The notes under the pieces: generated by a model
Database searches by the model: none
What the model was told of the DNA's origin: nothing
Seen by the model: the letters and a program-made list of their open reading frames with translations, nothing else
In this document: one piece after another, positions 19,408 to 30,327 of the stretch
Layout of the letters: every line of letters begins with the position of its first letter
How positions within the stretch are numbered: the stretch's first letter is position 1
Source of the DNA: an uncultured Desulfarculus sp.
GTDB lineage: Bacteria > Desulfobacterota > Desulfarculia > Desulfarculales > Desulfarculaceae
Direction: 5' to 3'
NCBI GenBank assembly: GCA_963665125.2
Contig: CAXXUK010000002.1
Coordinates: 128,001 to 192,000 of the forward strand
Length of the DNA stretch: 64,000 bases
Made by a program: the position numbers and the translations under genes

Positions 19408-20619
19408 TTATTTGAGCGAAGGTGGACGGAACTGGGACGAACCGTCCGCGGCATCATTACCGTCGCTCAGGGGCAGACTCAGGGAAAATGTGGCCCCCCG
19501 ACCGGCCTGGCTTTTGGCCGTCAGGTCGCCGTGCTGTTCCAGGGCCATGCGCTTGGCCACGGCCAGACTCATGCCCACCGCATCGGCTTTGGTGCTGAAA
19601 AACGGATCAAACAAATACGGCATATCCGCCGGATCAATGCCCTTGCCGCTGTCGCATACGGTTATCACGGCGGCCTTGCCTTCCAAGCGCATACCCAGAC
19701 GCAACAGGCCATCGCCGTTCATTGCCTCCAGGGCGTTGCGGACCAGGGCCTCGGTGATGAAATCCAGCATCTCCGCGTCAGCCCGGACCCGTACCTCCAA
19801 GTTATCGCCGGTTTCAACGTGTTTGACGAAATTGACGCCCGCCACCGTGGCCTCGGCCTTGACCGTGTCGGCCTCCCTCTCGAACCAGTCGGCCAAGTTC
19901 AGGGGCCGCAGCCGCGGCGCGGGCAGGTCGGCGTAATCCCGCACCTCCTTGACGATTGTCTCCAGACGCTGGGTGCTCTCCAGGATGCGCTCCAGATAGC
20001 CAACGCTCTTGCTGTCGGCCGGGGTGTTGGACATCAACCGCCGGGTCAGTCCCCCGATGCTGGTTATGGGATTGCGTATTTCATGGGCCACGGCCCGGGC
20101 CAGGCGATCCAGGCCCTCGGCCTTTTCCTTGGCCAGGCGGTGGCTGCGGCTGAGCAGTTCGCGTTCCCGCTGGTGCATATGGGCCAGGTCGGTGGTGTCG
20201 TTGAGCACGATCAGTACGGCCTGGATCTCCTGTTTGCCGGACTGGGCGACATCGGTCATCACCGAAGCGCTGATGGTCAGCTGGCGTTCCAGGCCATCGG
20301 GCCGCACATAGGGCACCTGGATATTGTGATACTCGATATTCTGCTGGATCACCGTGATGATGACTTGATTGAAGTCCATGTTCTGAGATTCGCTGAAAAA
20401 CAGCTCGGCCCAGCCCTGGGAGGCCAACCGTTCCATGCCGATGCCCAGGATCCTGCTGGACGCCGGATTGGCCAACACTATCTGACCCTGCTTGTCGATG
20501 ACCAGCAGGCCATCGCTGAGCCGGGTGAGGATGGTTTCGGCGATATCGCGCCGGTCCCACAGGGGGCTTGACTCGTCCAGGGTTATCTGAACGGGCACCT
20601 GATCGTTGTCGTCGGCCAT
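19408..20619 (-). CDS. PAS-domain sensor histidine kinase
   Basis: PAS domain, AHEIRNP H-box, N/G1/F boxes (RNALEAM, DSGKGI, FDPFFSTK). Confidence 0.9.
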   Translation of the reverse strand: MADDNDQVPVQITLDESSPLWDRRDIAETILTRLSDGLLVIDKQGQIVLANPASSRILGIGMERLASQGWAELFFSESQNMDFNQVIITVIQQNIEYHNIQVPYVRPDGLERQLTISASVMTDVAQSGKQEIQAVLIVLNDTTDLAHMHQRERELLSRSHRLAKEKAEGLDRLARAVAHEIRNPITSIGGLTRRLMSNTPADSKSVGYLERILESTQRLETIVKEVRDYADLPAPRLRPLNLADWFEREADTVKAEATVAGVNFVKHVETGDNLEVRVRADAEMLDFITEALVRNALEAMNGDGLLRLGMRLEGKAAVITVCDSGKGIDPADMPYLFDPFFSTKADAVGMSLAVAKRMALEQHGDLTAKSQAGRGATFSLSLPLSDGNDAADGSSQFRPPSLK

Positions 20620-20673
20620 GGCGATCCTCCGTATGATTCCACCATAGGCCAGGGCGGCCACGGTAACAAGGAC

Positions 20674-21507
20674 TTAAAATGAGTCAAGGGCAATCCGCCG
20701 GGCCAGGGCCAGGTGATCTGGAACATTCCCGGCCATGTAGCCGCCTATGATTTCCCGAACCAGGGGCAGGGCGAAGGTTTCCAAATAGCGGGCGAGCTGT
20801 CGCTCCGGCGGCGTTGCGCCCGTGCGGATGTCCTGATAGTTGCCCGAAAGCACGCAGCCCAGCTGTTGGCCGCCCTCGGGCCATGGTGCGCCCACAAGGC
20901 GGGCCACCTGCCGGCCGTCTTCCACCTCGGCCAGGGGATGCAGCAGGCTCAGGCCGAAATCCGCGGCCAGGGAGCGGTAGGCCTCCAGGGAGCGGGGCAA
21001 CTGGTTTATCTTGATGCGGCCGTCGTGGCTGTGGCGCTCGCCGCTGATGATCGGCGCGCCGCCCAGCAGCCTGGCCAGGGGCAGGCGCACGGCGTGCAGA
21101 TACAGATGGCAGCCAACGCAGATGGGGCTGAAACCGAACTCCTGGAAAAGGCCGGTCAACGGCGCGCCGCAGAAGGCCCGCCAAAACAGCGGCGAACCCA
21201 ACACCACCAGGCCATGAACCTTGACGTGTCCGGGCAGGGCCGCCTTGAGCCTTTCCAGGGCCCGGGGCACCTCGGCCCATTGGCCGTGTTCGGTGCCGGT
21301 GTAGGCATAGGTGGGCAGCACCTGGCCTATGCCCCCGGCGCGCACGGCGGCCACGGCCCCGGCCACGCTGTCGCGCCCGGCCAGTTCGACAATGGCCGCG
21401 TCCTTGGCCAAAGCCAGGCTCTGGACCAATTCGTCGGGCAGCATTTCATTGGGAAAACCGATGATTAGTTCGGGCTTATTCAAAAATATGCCGGTCTGGA
21501 TGTCCAT
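20674..21507 (-). CDS. Hypothetical protein, adenine-nucleotide alpha-hydrolase (PP-loop)-like
   Basis: ELAGRDSVA resembles a PP-loop. CVGCH motif and a late Cys (GCVLSGNY). Confidence 0.55.
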   Translation of the reverse strand: MDIQTGIFLNKPELIIGFPNEMLPDELVQSLALAKDAAIVELAGRDSVAGAVAAVRAGGIGQVLPTYAYTGTEHGQWAEVPRALERLKAALPGHVKVHGLVVLGSPLFWRAFCGAPLTGLFQEFGFSPICVGCHLYLHAVRLPLARLLGGAPIISGERHSHDGRIKINQLPRSLEAYRSLAADFGLSLLHPLAEVEDGRQVARLVGAPWPEGGQQLGCVLSGNYQDIRTGATPPERQLARYLETFALPLVREIIGGYMAGNVPDHLALARRIALDSF

Positions 21508-21509
21508 GA

Positions 21510-22796
21510 TTAGTCCTTGAATAAAAGCGGTTGGCCGTGGCCGGGGAAAAACGGCACCTCAACGGGTCCGTCGCGCAGACCGGCCAGCCGGGCCCTGTCC
21601 AGGCCGCAGAGAAGGGTCTGCATCAATTCCCCGCCCCGCAGCAGGCTCAGGCTGCCAGCGGCGCACGAAACCTCGTCGAAACGGCTGACTTTGTCCCGCC
21701 ACTGGCCGATGCCGTGCAGGACCAGGGGCGAAGGCTGGCCCGCGTGGATCATTGATCCGCCGCTGGGCGTGGCGTGGTCGCCGGTGAGACAGAGCAGCAC
21801 CTCGCCGTCTTTGGCCAGGCGTTCCAGCCTGGGCCCGATGGCCGCGTCGAGCTCTTCCAAAACCTTGACCTTGGCCGCCGGATCGCCTTCATGGGCCGCG
21901 TCATCGGGCTCCTTGAAATGCAGATGAACGAAATCGCAGGTTTGGAGCATCTCCAGGGCCGCCTCCAGCTTGGCCTTGGCCAACTCCCCCACCGGGCCGT
22001 GGTGGGGCAGCATGTTTGTCTCTGCGCCCATGGCCTGGAAAATGCCCCGGTAGAGTCTGTGGGAGCTGACGCTGCCCACCTTGAGGCCCCAAAGTTCGTC
22101 CACCGGCGGCAGATCCCTGCGCTGGCCGGGCCGGTGGGTGATAACGGCGTTGACCCGGCCGCCGGACAGCCGCCGGTGGGCCCAGGCCAGATATTGCACC
22201 AGAAGGTCCCTGGCCGCAGCCGCCTTGGAATCGCTCTGGTGTTCGGCCCAGACCACCGGCTCCAGCACGGGCAGGCCGTCGACCAGAGGGTCGCTGTCGC
22301 TGATCCAGGGCCGGAAATCGCCGTGCAGAACCAGCACGGCCTGGCCCTTGCCCGAGGGGTGCAGCACCGCCCGGCCAAGGGGCGACTCAAACTCGGCCAC
22401 CGAGGCCAGCAAGGCGTCTTCCTCGTCGGGGTCCATCACCGGCTTGCGCTGCCCGATGATCAGCCCGCCGCCTTCCCGGCAACAGACCGCCAAGCGGGCC
22501 AGCAGGGCCACGTCGCCAGGTCCGCAATCGATGCCCTGCCCCTGGGCCTCCAGCCAGCCCCGGCCGGGAAACTGGTCCATGGTGTAGCCCATGAGCAGAA
22601 AATGGGCGATCTCGCTGGGCAGGGCCCGGCCCGGCGAGGAGGCGTGCCACAGGCCGCAGGCCCCCTCGGCCGCCAGGCGGTCAAGGGCCGGGGTGCGGGC
22701 CGCCTGCAACGGCGTGCGGTGATCCAGAACGGGCCAGGCGCGGTCGGCCACGCCGTCCAACATCAGCAACAGGCATTTGCGGGGCAGGAGGGTCAT
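21510..22796 (-). CDS. ApgM-like 2,3-BPG-independent phosphoglycerate mutase family protein
   Basis: LDGVADR...TPLQAARTPALDRLA, PSEIAH, KEPDDAAH and TGDHATP motifs. Confidence 0.8.
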   Translation of the reverse strand: MTLLPRKCLLLMLDGVADRAWPVLDHRTPLQAARTPALDRLAAEGACGLWHASSPGRALPSEIAHFLLMGYTMDQFPGRGWLEAQGQGIDCGPGDVALLARLAVCCREGGGLIIGQRKPVMDPDEEDALLASVAEFESPLGRAVLHPSGKGQAVLVLHGDFRPWISDSDPLVDGLPVLEPVVWAEHQSDSKAAAARDLLVQYLAWAHRRLSGGRVNAVITHRPGQRRDLPPVDELWGLKVGSVSSHRLYRGIFQAMGAETNMLPHHGPVGELAKAKLEAALEMLQTCDFVHLHFKEPDDAAHEGDPAAKVKVLEELDAAIGPRLERLAKDGEVLLCLTGDHATPSGGSMIHAGQPSPLVLHGIGQWRDKVSRFDEVSCAAGSLSLLRGGELMQTLLCGLDRARLAGLRDGPVEVPFFPGHGQPLLFKD

Positions 22797-23203
22797 TTCT
22801 TCCAGTCAAACACAATCTGCTGGACGAATTCGCCGTCGATGCTCGATGTACCGATTTTGCCGCTGACCGGGTCCATGGTCTTGTATTTGATCATCTCGCC
22901 CAGGGAAACTGCGCCCATCAACACGACCACCTTGAATGTTTCGCCCTTGAAGTTTTTCAACTCGACATAGCCGTCGCCCAGGTCGGTAAGGCTTGCGATG
23001 TCGTGAAGCGGCGCGCTTTGTTCGCTTTGCTCGAGCATAAAAGGCAGGGTTGAAACCAGGTCCAGAAACTCGACTACTTCGATGGTCTGCCCCTGGGTGT
23101 TGACGATTTTACCGCCCGGAGCGGATTTCCCGCCGGCCAGGACCGGAAAACAGGCCAATACCATGGCCGCCGTGAACAACATGAGCATGCGCAGGCGTTT
23201 CAT
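22793..23203 (-). CDS. Exported hypothetical protein
   Basis: Signal peptide. Paralogous to 23272..23793. Confidence 0.7.
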   Translation of the reverse strand: MKRLRMLMLFTAAMVLACFPVLAGGKSAPGGKIVNTQGQTIEVVEFLDLVSTLPFMLEQSEQSAPLHDIASLTDLGDGYVELKNFKGETFKVVVLMGAVSLGEMIKYKTMDPVSGKIGTSSIDGEFVQQIVFDWKK

Positions 23204-23271
23204 TGGTCCTACTCCTGATCGTGAGGCAATATAATCCCGCCAAGGCGGGCCGCCGGATGGGCGTTGTCTTA

Positions 23272-23793
23272 TTAGTCTTGTTTGGTTTCTTTATACGGTT
23301 TTTTGGTCCAGATGAAATCTATCTGCTTGGTGGCTTCGCCGTCGATTCGCGACGGTTCATATTCGATGTTCTTTTTTTCCTTGTCGGCCTCGGCTTGGGC
23401 GGGCGTTTCCGGTTGTCGGCGCACCAGACTCACGATTTGAAAGTAGATCGCGTCCCTTTGGGAAATGGAGCCCATGGTGGCCACGATTTTATAGCTGCGG
23501 CCGTCGATGGTGGTCATGTTCAAATAGCCGTTGCCGATATCGGCCAGGCTTTTAATTAGGATAATGGGCGTGGAGTGGCGGGAGCCTTGATAGGTGAACG
23601 ACAAATAAGGCTCAAGGTAAACAAATCTTTCCACCTTGATGGACTCGCCCTTGAGGTTGACTATCGTGCCGCTGGCAATGTAATTGCGCAGGTGATCTTC
23701 TTCCGGCTCTTTTTTTTCGGTGGTGGCGCAGGCCGCAAGCAGAGCCAATATCAAAATCGCCGCCAAAACCGCGGCAGTCTTCAAACGCTTCAT
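23272..23793 (-). CDS. Hypothetical lipoprotein
   Basis: Lipobox LAAC. Paralogous to 22793..23203. Confidence 0.7.
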   Translation of the reverse strand: MKRLKTAAVLAAILILALLAACATTEKKEPEEDHLRNYIASGTIVNLKGESIKVERFVYLEPYLSFTYQGSRHSTPIILIKSLADIGNGYLNMTTIDGRSYKIVATMGSISQRDAIYFQIVSLVRRQPETPAQAEADKEKKNIEYEPSRIDGEATKQIDFIWTKKPYKETKQD

Positions 23794-23894
23794 CAACCAA
23801 GCTCCCAAGTATACGTTTTGTTTCACCCCATATGGTAGCATCATCCAGGCCGGGGGGTGAACAAAACGCTGAAGCTTTTCTTCGGGAAACCGCG

Positions 23895-24758
23895 CTAAAT
23901 GTCAACCTCCAGGATAATCCGCGGCGCGCGCATGCGGGGGGCCTGCTTTTTGATCTTCCTGGTGCTTTCAATATGGGCGATGTAGCATTCGGCTTCCTTG
24001 AAGTCGCCGTTGAGCTTGAGGGCCCGTTTCATGGCCTTTTTGGCCAGGTCGCTGCGGCGGCCTTCCTCGTGCAGGGCGCGGCCCATGTTGAACCACAGGT
24101 TTTCGTCCCTGCTGGCTATGGTCAAAGCCCGGTAATAATGTTCCAGAGCCTGTTCGTAAAGGCCGCATTTGCGCAGCTGGATGCCGAATTCGTTGAACAG
24201 GTGCTTGTGTTTGGGCTGATAGATGGCTTCGATGTTGGCCAGCCGGAAGAAAATATCGCGGGCCTTGCCATGTTCACCTTGGGCCACAAAGGTCAGACCC
24301 AGGCCGAAATTGGCCCGGACCGACTCTTCGTCCAAGTGCAAGGCCTTTTTATATTCGTATTCGGCGCTAAGGTATTCCTGGCGCTCGTAGTGCGCGTCCG
24401 CCTGCTCGATTATGATGTCAACCAGCCGTTCCTTGGGACTTTTTACGTGTTGCCAATAACCGGGTTGGTGCATGAACCGCTTGTGAAATTCATCTTGCGA
24501 CACCACCTCGCTAAGGGCGGTTGGATCGTTGTTGATATCCAGCAGGACGACATGAATCTTGCCGTCTTCGCGCTCGGTGGCGATCCAGTAGTTTTCCAGT
24601 GAGGTTTGCCTGGTGGTTTCCAGGTAACCGAGCGTAACATCGCTTTTCTCTAAGTATACTTCATTGCTGTATATTTTATGATGTGACACCACTTGGCTCC
24701 ACTTTGGCGTTTTGGGCGCACTACCGAGGAACCGCGCGGAGTAGAAACGGCGGGGCAT
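23895..24758 (-). CDS. Tetratricopeptide repeat protein
   Basis: TPR helices (ANFGLGL, FNEFGIQLRK, ENLWFNMGRA). Start uncertain. Confidence 0.8.
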   Translation of the reverse strand: MPRRFYSARFLGSAPKTPKWSQVVSHHKIYSNEVYLEKSDVTLGYLETTRQTSLENYWIATEREDGKIHVVLLDINNDPTALSEVVSQDEFHKRFMHQPGYWQHVKSPKERLVDIIIEQADAHYERQEYLSAEYEYKKALHLDEESVRANFGLGLTFVAQGEHGKARDIFFRLANIEAIYQPKHKHLFNEFGIQLRKCGLYEQALEHYYRALTIASRDENLWFNMGRALHEEGRRSDLAKKAMKRALKLNGDFKEAECYIAHIESTRKIKKQAPRMRAPRIILEVDI

Positions 24759-24942
24759 ATCTGATCAAAATACCGATAGGCAAAGTATAGCAGAGCGGGT
24801 AATAACGGCATTGGAAAAAAACTCAAATAACTGTGAAAAATTTGTGGCTAGTATACAAATTGCATACGGTATACAAAAAAATCTTGACAGTAATGCTCCC
24901 TGCTGCCAAAGTTAGTCCAACACCAGTTGAAAAAGGTTTTTT

Positions 24943-25056
24943 ATGATCGTTCACCGTCACAGCCATTACAGCCTCCAGGCCGCCGTTTTTCACGGCTGGT
25001 GGCGCTTTTGCGGCTGCCCGGCGGTGGTCCGGCGGGGCGACTTGATGGTCCCCTGA
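24943..25056 (+). CDS. trpL: Trp attenuator leader peptide (MIVHRHSHYSLQAAVFHGWWRFCGCPAVVRRGDLMVP)
   Basis: 37-codon ORF with tandem TGG TGG at 24997-25002 in a GWWR context, upstream of trpE. Confidence 0.8.
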   Translation: MIVHRHSHYSLQAAVFHGWWRFCGCPAVVRRGDLMVP

Positions 25057-25082
25057 CCGGCAACGGCAAACCAAGACGCTAT

Positions 25083-25113
25083 CCACCGCCTCCCCCAGGC
25101 GGTGGTTTTTTTT
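25083..25113 (+). terminator. Attenuator terminator
   Basis: Stem CCACCGCCT/AGGCGGTGG plus T8. Its 5' arm is complementary to GGCGGTGG at 25020-25027 (antiterminator). Confidence 0.85.
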
Positions 25114-25139
25114 GGCCGAAACACTTGGAGCCCGAGAAT

Positions 25140-26527
<1,388 letters not shown>

Positions 26528-26528
<1 letters not shown>

Positions 26529-27112
26529 TGATCCTTATAATCGACAACTACGACTCGTTCACCTACAACGTGGCCCAAGCCCTGGGCATGTTGGGCAAGC
26601 AGGTGCGGGTGGAGCGCAACGACGCCATAAGCTCCGACGAGGCGGGCCGCCTGAACCCCGAGGCCATCGTCATCAGCCCCGGTCCGGGCCGCCCGGAAGA
26701 CGCCGGGATCAGCATGCAGGTCATCAATGACTACGCCGGGGCCATCCCGATCATGGGCATCTGCCTGGGCCACCAGTGCATCGGCCAGGTCTTCGGCGGC
26801 CAGGTGCGCCGGGCCATCCAGCCGGTGCACGGCAAGGTCCACCGGATTTTCCACGACGGCAAGGGCATGTTCTACGGCCTGCGCAACCCCCTGGAGGCCA
26901 CCCGCTACCACAGCCTCATCGTGCCCGAGGACACCGTGGGCGACCCCCTGGAGGTCAGCGCCTTCACCACCGATGGCGAGGTCATGGGTCTGCGGGCCCC
27001 GAACCTGATGATCGAGGGTGTGCAGTTCCATCCGGAATCGGTGGCCACGCCCCAGGGCCTGCAGATGCTTCGCAATTTCGTGGAGACCTATGTCGCCAGG
27101 CGGGCCGCCTGA
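26528..27112 (+). CDS. trpG: Anthranilate synthase component II (glutamine amidotransferase)
   Basis: IDNYDSFTYN, SPGPG, GICLGHQ and QFHPES. TAATG overlap with trpE. Confidence 0.9.
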
Positions 27113-27199
27113 AATAGCTGTCTTGTCATCAAAGCCTTTAAAGGCATGGCAAATCGTTGTATCATCATCGCTTCAAGCGTAACCATGGGAGAATGACAC

Positions 27200-28240
27200 A
27201 TGGTCGTATCCATGCGCGAAGGATGCCCCAAGGCCGAGGTCGCCGCGGTTATCGCGGCCATGGAGGGCCGCGGCCTGAAGGTGCGGATCATCTCGCCGGG
27301 GCCCAAGGTGGTTCTGGGCGTTGTCGAGCAGGTCAGCAAGCATCTAACCGACGACCTTCGTTTTGAAATATCGGACATGCCCGGCGTGGAGGAAGTCAGC
27401 GACTTCCACACCGACTGGAAGCTGGTCTGGCGCGGGCCCAAACAGCCCACATCGGTTGTCCGCATGGGCGGACGGACCATCGGCGGCGACGAACTAATGG
27501 TCATCGCCGGTCCCTGCGCCGTGGAGAGCCGGGAGAATCTGCTGCAAACGGCACGCAGCGTGTGCGCCAGCGGGGCCGGGGCCATCCGGGGCGGGGCCTT
27601 CAAGCCGCGCACCTCGCCGTATTCCTTCCGGGGCCTGGGCGAAGAGGGACTCAAGTATCTGGCCGAGGCCAGGGAGGCCACCGGCCTGCCCGTGGTCACC
27701 GAGGTCATGAGCTTCCACGAGGTGGACCTGGTGGCCCGCTACGCCGACGTGTTGCAGATCGGCGCCCGCAACATGCAGAACTTCACGCTTTTGGAAGCCG
27801 TGGGCGAGGTGGACAAACCGGTGCTTTTGAAGCGCGGTTTGGGCAATACTGTAAAAGAACTGCTCTTGTGCGCCGAATACATCCTGGCCAGGGGCAACCA
27901 GCAGGTCATGTTCTGCGAGCGGGGCATCCGCACCTTTGAGACCGACACCCGCAACACCCTGGACATCCAGGCCGTGCCCATCCTCAAGCAGGCCTCGCAC
28001 CTGCCGGTGGTGGTGGACCCCAGCCACGCTGCGGGCAAGCGAGAGCTGGTGCCGGCCATGGCCATGGCCGCCGTGGCCGCCGGGGCCGACGGCCTGATGA
28101 TCGAGGTGCATCCCGATCCGCCCAACGCTTTCTCCGACGGCCGCCAGACCCTGGACCTGAGTTCCTTTGACCAGTTGATGAAAAAACTGGCCAGGGTGGC
28201 CGCGGCGGTGGACAAGACAATACCCGGAGTTGAAATTTGA
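27200..28240 (+). CDS. aroF: DAHP synthase type I-beta with N-terminal regulatory domain
   Basis: [27 protein letters not shown] and VDPSH motifs. Confidence 0.93.
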   Translation: MVVSMREGCPKAEVAAVIAAMEGRGLKVRIISPGPKVVLGVVEQVSKHLTDDLRFEISDMPGVEEVSDFHTDWKLVWRGPKQPTSVVRMGGRTIGGDELMVIAGPCAVESRENLLQTARSVCASGAGAIRGGAFKPRTSPYSFRGLGEEGLKYLAEAREATGLPVVTEVMSFHEVDLVARYADVLQIGARNMQNFTLLEAVGEVDKPVLLKRGLGNTVKELLLCAEYILARGNQQVMFCERGIRTFETDTRNTLDIQAVPILKQASHLPVVVDPSHAAGKRELVPAMAMAAVAAGADGLMIEVHPDPPNAFSDGRQTLDLSSFDQLMKKLARVAAAVDKTIPGVEI

Positions 28241-29493
28241 AACTAAGCGGAGAGATCACGCCGCCAGGCGACAAATCCATATCCCACCGCATGGGCCTTT
28301 TCTCCCTGCTGGGCCGGGGCACCGTGCGCGTGCGGGGCTATTCCCCGGCGGCCGACTGCACCAGCACCCTGCACGCCGTGATGGCCCTGGGCGGTGAAGT
28401 GGTCCGCGACGATGGAATCATCACCATAACCGGAGCCGAGGGCAAACTCCGCTCCGGGGTGGATATCGACTGCGGCAACAGCGGCACCACCATGCGCCTG
28501 CTGATGGGCATCTGCGCCGGCATCGACGGCGGCGTGACCCTGGACGGTGATGAATCCCTGCGCAAGCGGCCCATGGAGCGGGTGGCCGGTCCTTTGCGGC
28601 AAATGGGCGCCCAAGTGAGCTGCGCCGACGGCGGCACCCCGCCTGTGAAGATCAGCGGCGGCAACCTGGCCGGGGGGCGCTTCGAGCTGCCCGTGGCCTC
28701 GGCGCAACTCAAAAGCGCCCTGCTGCTGGCCGGGCTCAAGGCGGGCGGCCCCACCACGGTGATCTCTCCGGCGGCCAGCCGGGACCACACCGAGCGCATG
28801 TTCAAGGCCTGGGGCGTGGATATTGATTTCGACGATCTCAGCGCCACGGTCAAGCCGGGCCTGATGAATCTGCCCGGCGAATTCGTGGTGCCCGCCGACG
28901 CCTCGGCGGCCGCGTTTTTCTGTTGCGGCGCGGCCATCATCCCCGGCAGCCGGGTCACGGCCAAAAGCACGCTTTTGAACCCCGGCCGTATCGGCTGGGT
29001 CAAGGTCCTGGAGCGCATGGGCGCGCGCCTGGACATGGCGTTGGCAGGCTCCGAGCCCGAGCCCTGGGGCGACATCACCGTGGAATATTCGCCGGACAAG
29101 CGGGGCGTGGATGTGCCGGCCGAAGATATCGCCGGCCTGGTGGACGAGGTGCCGATCCTGGCCCTGGCCGCCACCCAATGCAAGGGTACGACGATCTTCC
29201 GGGATGTGGGCGAACTGCGGGTCAAGGAGAGCGACCGCCTGGCGGCCATAGTCAGCCAGCTTGGCCGCATGGGCGCGGACCTGCGAGAAGACGGCGACGA
29301 CCTGGTGGTAAACGGTCCCACACCGCTGAGCTTGCCCGAGGGCCTGATGCACAGCTTCGGCGACCACCGCATCGCCATGACCATCAAGATCGCCGGGGTC
29401 CTGGCCGGGGCCGACGCCGCCTTGGACGACCCCTACTGCATGGCCATCAGCCATCCCGGATTCGAGGTCGATCTGGATGCCCTGATCAAGTGA
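28237..29493 (+). CDS. aroA: EPSP synthase
   Basis: [30 protein letters not shown] and DHRIAM motifs. Confidence 0.95.
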   Translation: MKLSGEITPPGDKSISHRMGLFSLLGRGTVRVRGYSPAADCTSTLHAVMALGGEVVRDDGIITITGAEGKLRSGVDIDCGNSGTTMRLLMGICAGIDGGVTLDGDESLRKRPMERVAGPLRQMGAQVSCADGGTPPVKISGGNLAGGRFELPVASAQLKSALLLAGLKAGGPTTVISPAASRDHTERMFKAWGVDIDFDDLSATVKPGLMNLPGEFVVPADASAAAFFCCGAAIIPGSRVTAKSTLLNPGRIGWVKVLERMGARLDMALAGSEPEPWGDITVEYSPDKRGVDVPAEDIAGLVDEVPILALAATQCKGTTIFRDVGELRVKESDRLAAIVSQLGRMGADLREDGDDLVVNGPTPLSLPEGLMHSFGDHRIAMTIKIAGVLAGADAALDDPYCMAISHPGFEVDLDALIK

Positions 29494-29505
29494 GGCGGTT
29501 TTTTA

Positions 29506-30327
29506 ATGAGCAGCCCATATTATAAACTGGCCCTAATCGGCGACCAGCGTGCCCTGAAATCCCTTTCGCCGCGCATGCACAACCATGTGCTGAAAAAGCA
29601 CGGCTTGGCCGGTGAATACGGCATCATGGCCGTTGAGGCCCGGGAGGTGGAGCAGACCGTGCGGGCCATCGCCCAGCTGGACATGCGCGGGGCCAATGTA
29701 ACCGTGCCCCACAAGCTGGCCGTGATGGGCCACCTCAACGGTCTGTCGGAGTTGGCCCGGCGTATCGGCGCGGTCAACACCATCATCAACGATAACGGCA
29801 GACTGATGGGCGACAACACCGACGCCGGGGGATTCATCGACGCCCTGGCCGGGGCCGGCTTTGATCCCAAGGGCAAAACAGCCCTGCTGGTGGGAGCCGG
29901 AGGGGCCAGCCGAGCCCTTATAGTCGCTCTGGTGGATGCGGGGGCCGATCTTTACCTCTGCGCCAGGCGCGACGACCAGGCCCTGGAACTGGCCGTGGAA
30001 CTGGGCGGCAAGGCCGTGCCCTGGGCCGAGATGGAGCAGGCGGCCGGAAGGGCCGATCTGCTGGTCAACGCCGCGGCGGTGTCGGCCCCGAATGAGGCCC
30101 CGGAACTGGCCGGAAGGGTGGCCGGGCTGGCCCTGCCCCGGGGCGGGCTGGTCTGCGACATAAACTACGGCCGCACTGCAAATTTCTGGCGCGATCTGGC
30201 CCGGGCCAGGGACTGCGCCTTCATCGACGGTCTGCCCATGCTGGTGCATCAGGCCCGGCGTTCTTTCGAGATTTGGACCGGGATCGACGCCCCGGCTGCC
30301 GACTTTTTCGAGGCCCTTGATTTATGA
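29506..30327 (+). CDS. aroE: Shikimate dehydrogenase
   Basis: SLSPRMH, NVTVPHK, GAVNT, NTDAGG and GAGGA motifs. Confidence 0.93.
   Translation: MSSPYYKLALIGDQRALKSLSPRMHNHVLKKHGLAGEYGIMAVEAREVEQTVRAIAQLDMRGANVTVPHKLAVMGHLNGLSELARRIGAVNTIINDNGRLMGDNTDAGGFIDALAGAGFDPKGKTALLVGAGGASRALIVALVDAGADLYLCARRDDQALELAVELGGKAVPWAEMEQAAGRADLLVNAAAVSAPNEAPELAGRVAGLALPRGGLVCDINYGRTANFWRDLARARDCAFIDGLPMLVHQARRSFEIWTGIDAPAADFFEALDL

Noticed and set aside
24927..25139. 71-aa N-terminal extension of TrpE
   Set aside because: It spans the attenuator and terminator. The real start is ATG 25140 (MATLTAQ).
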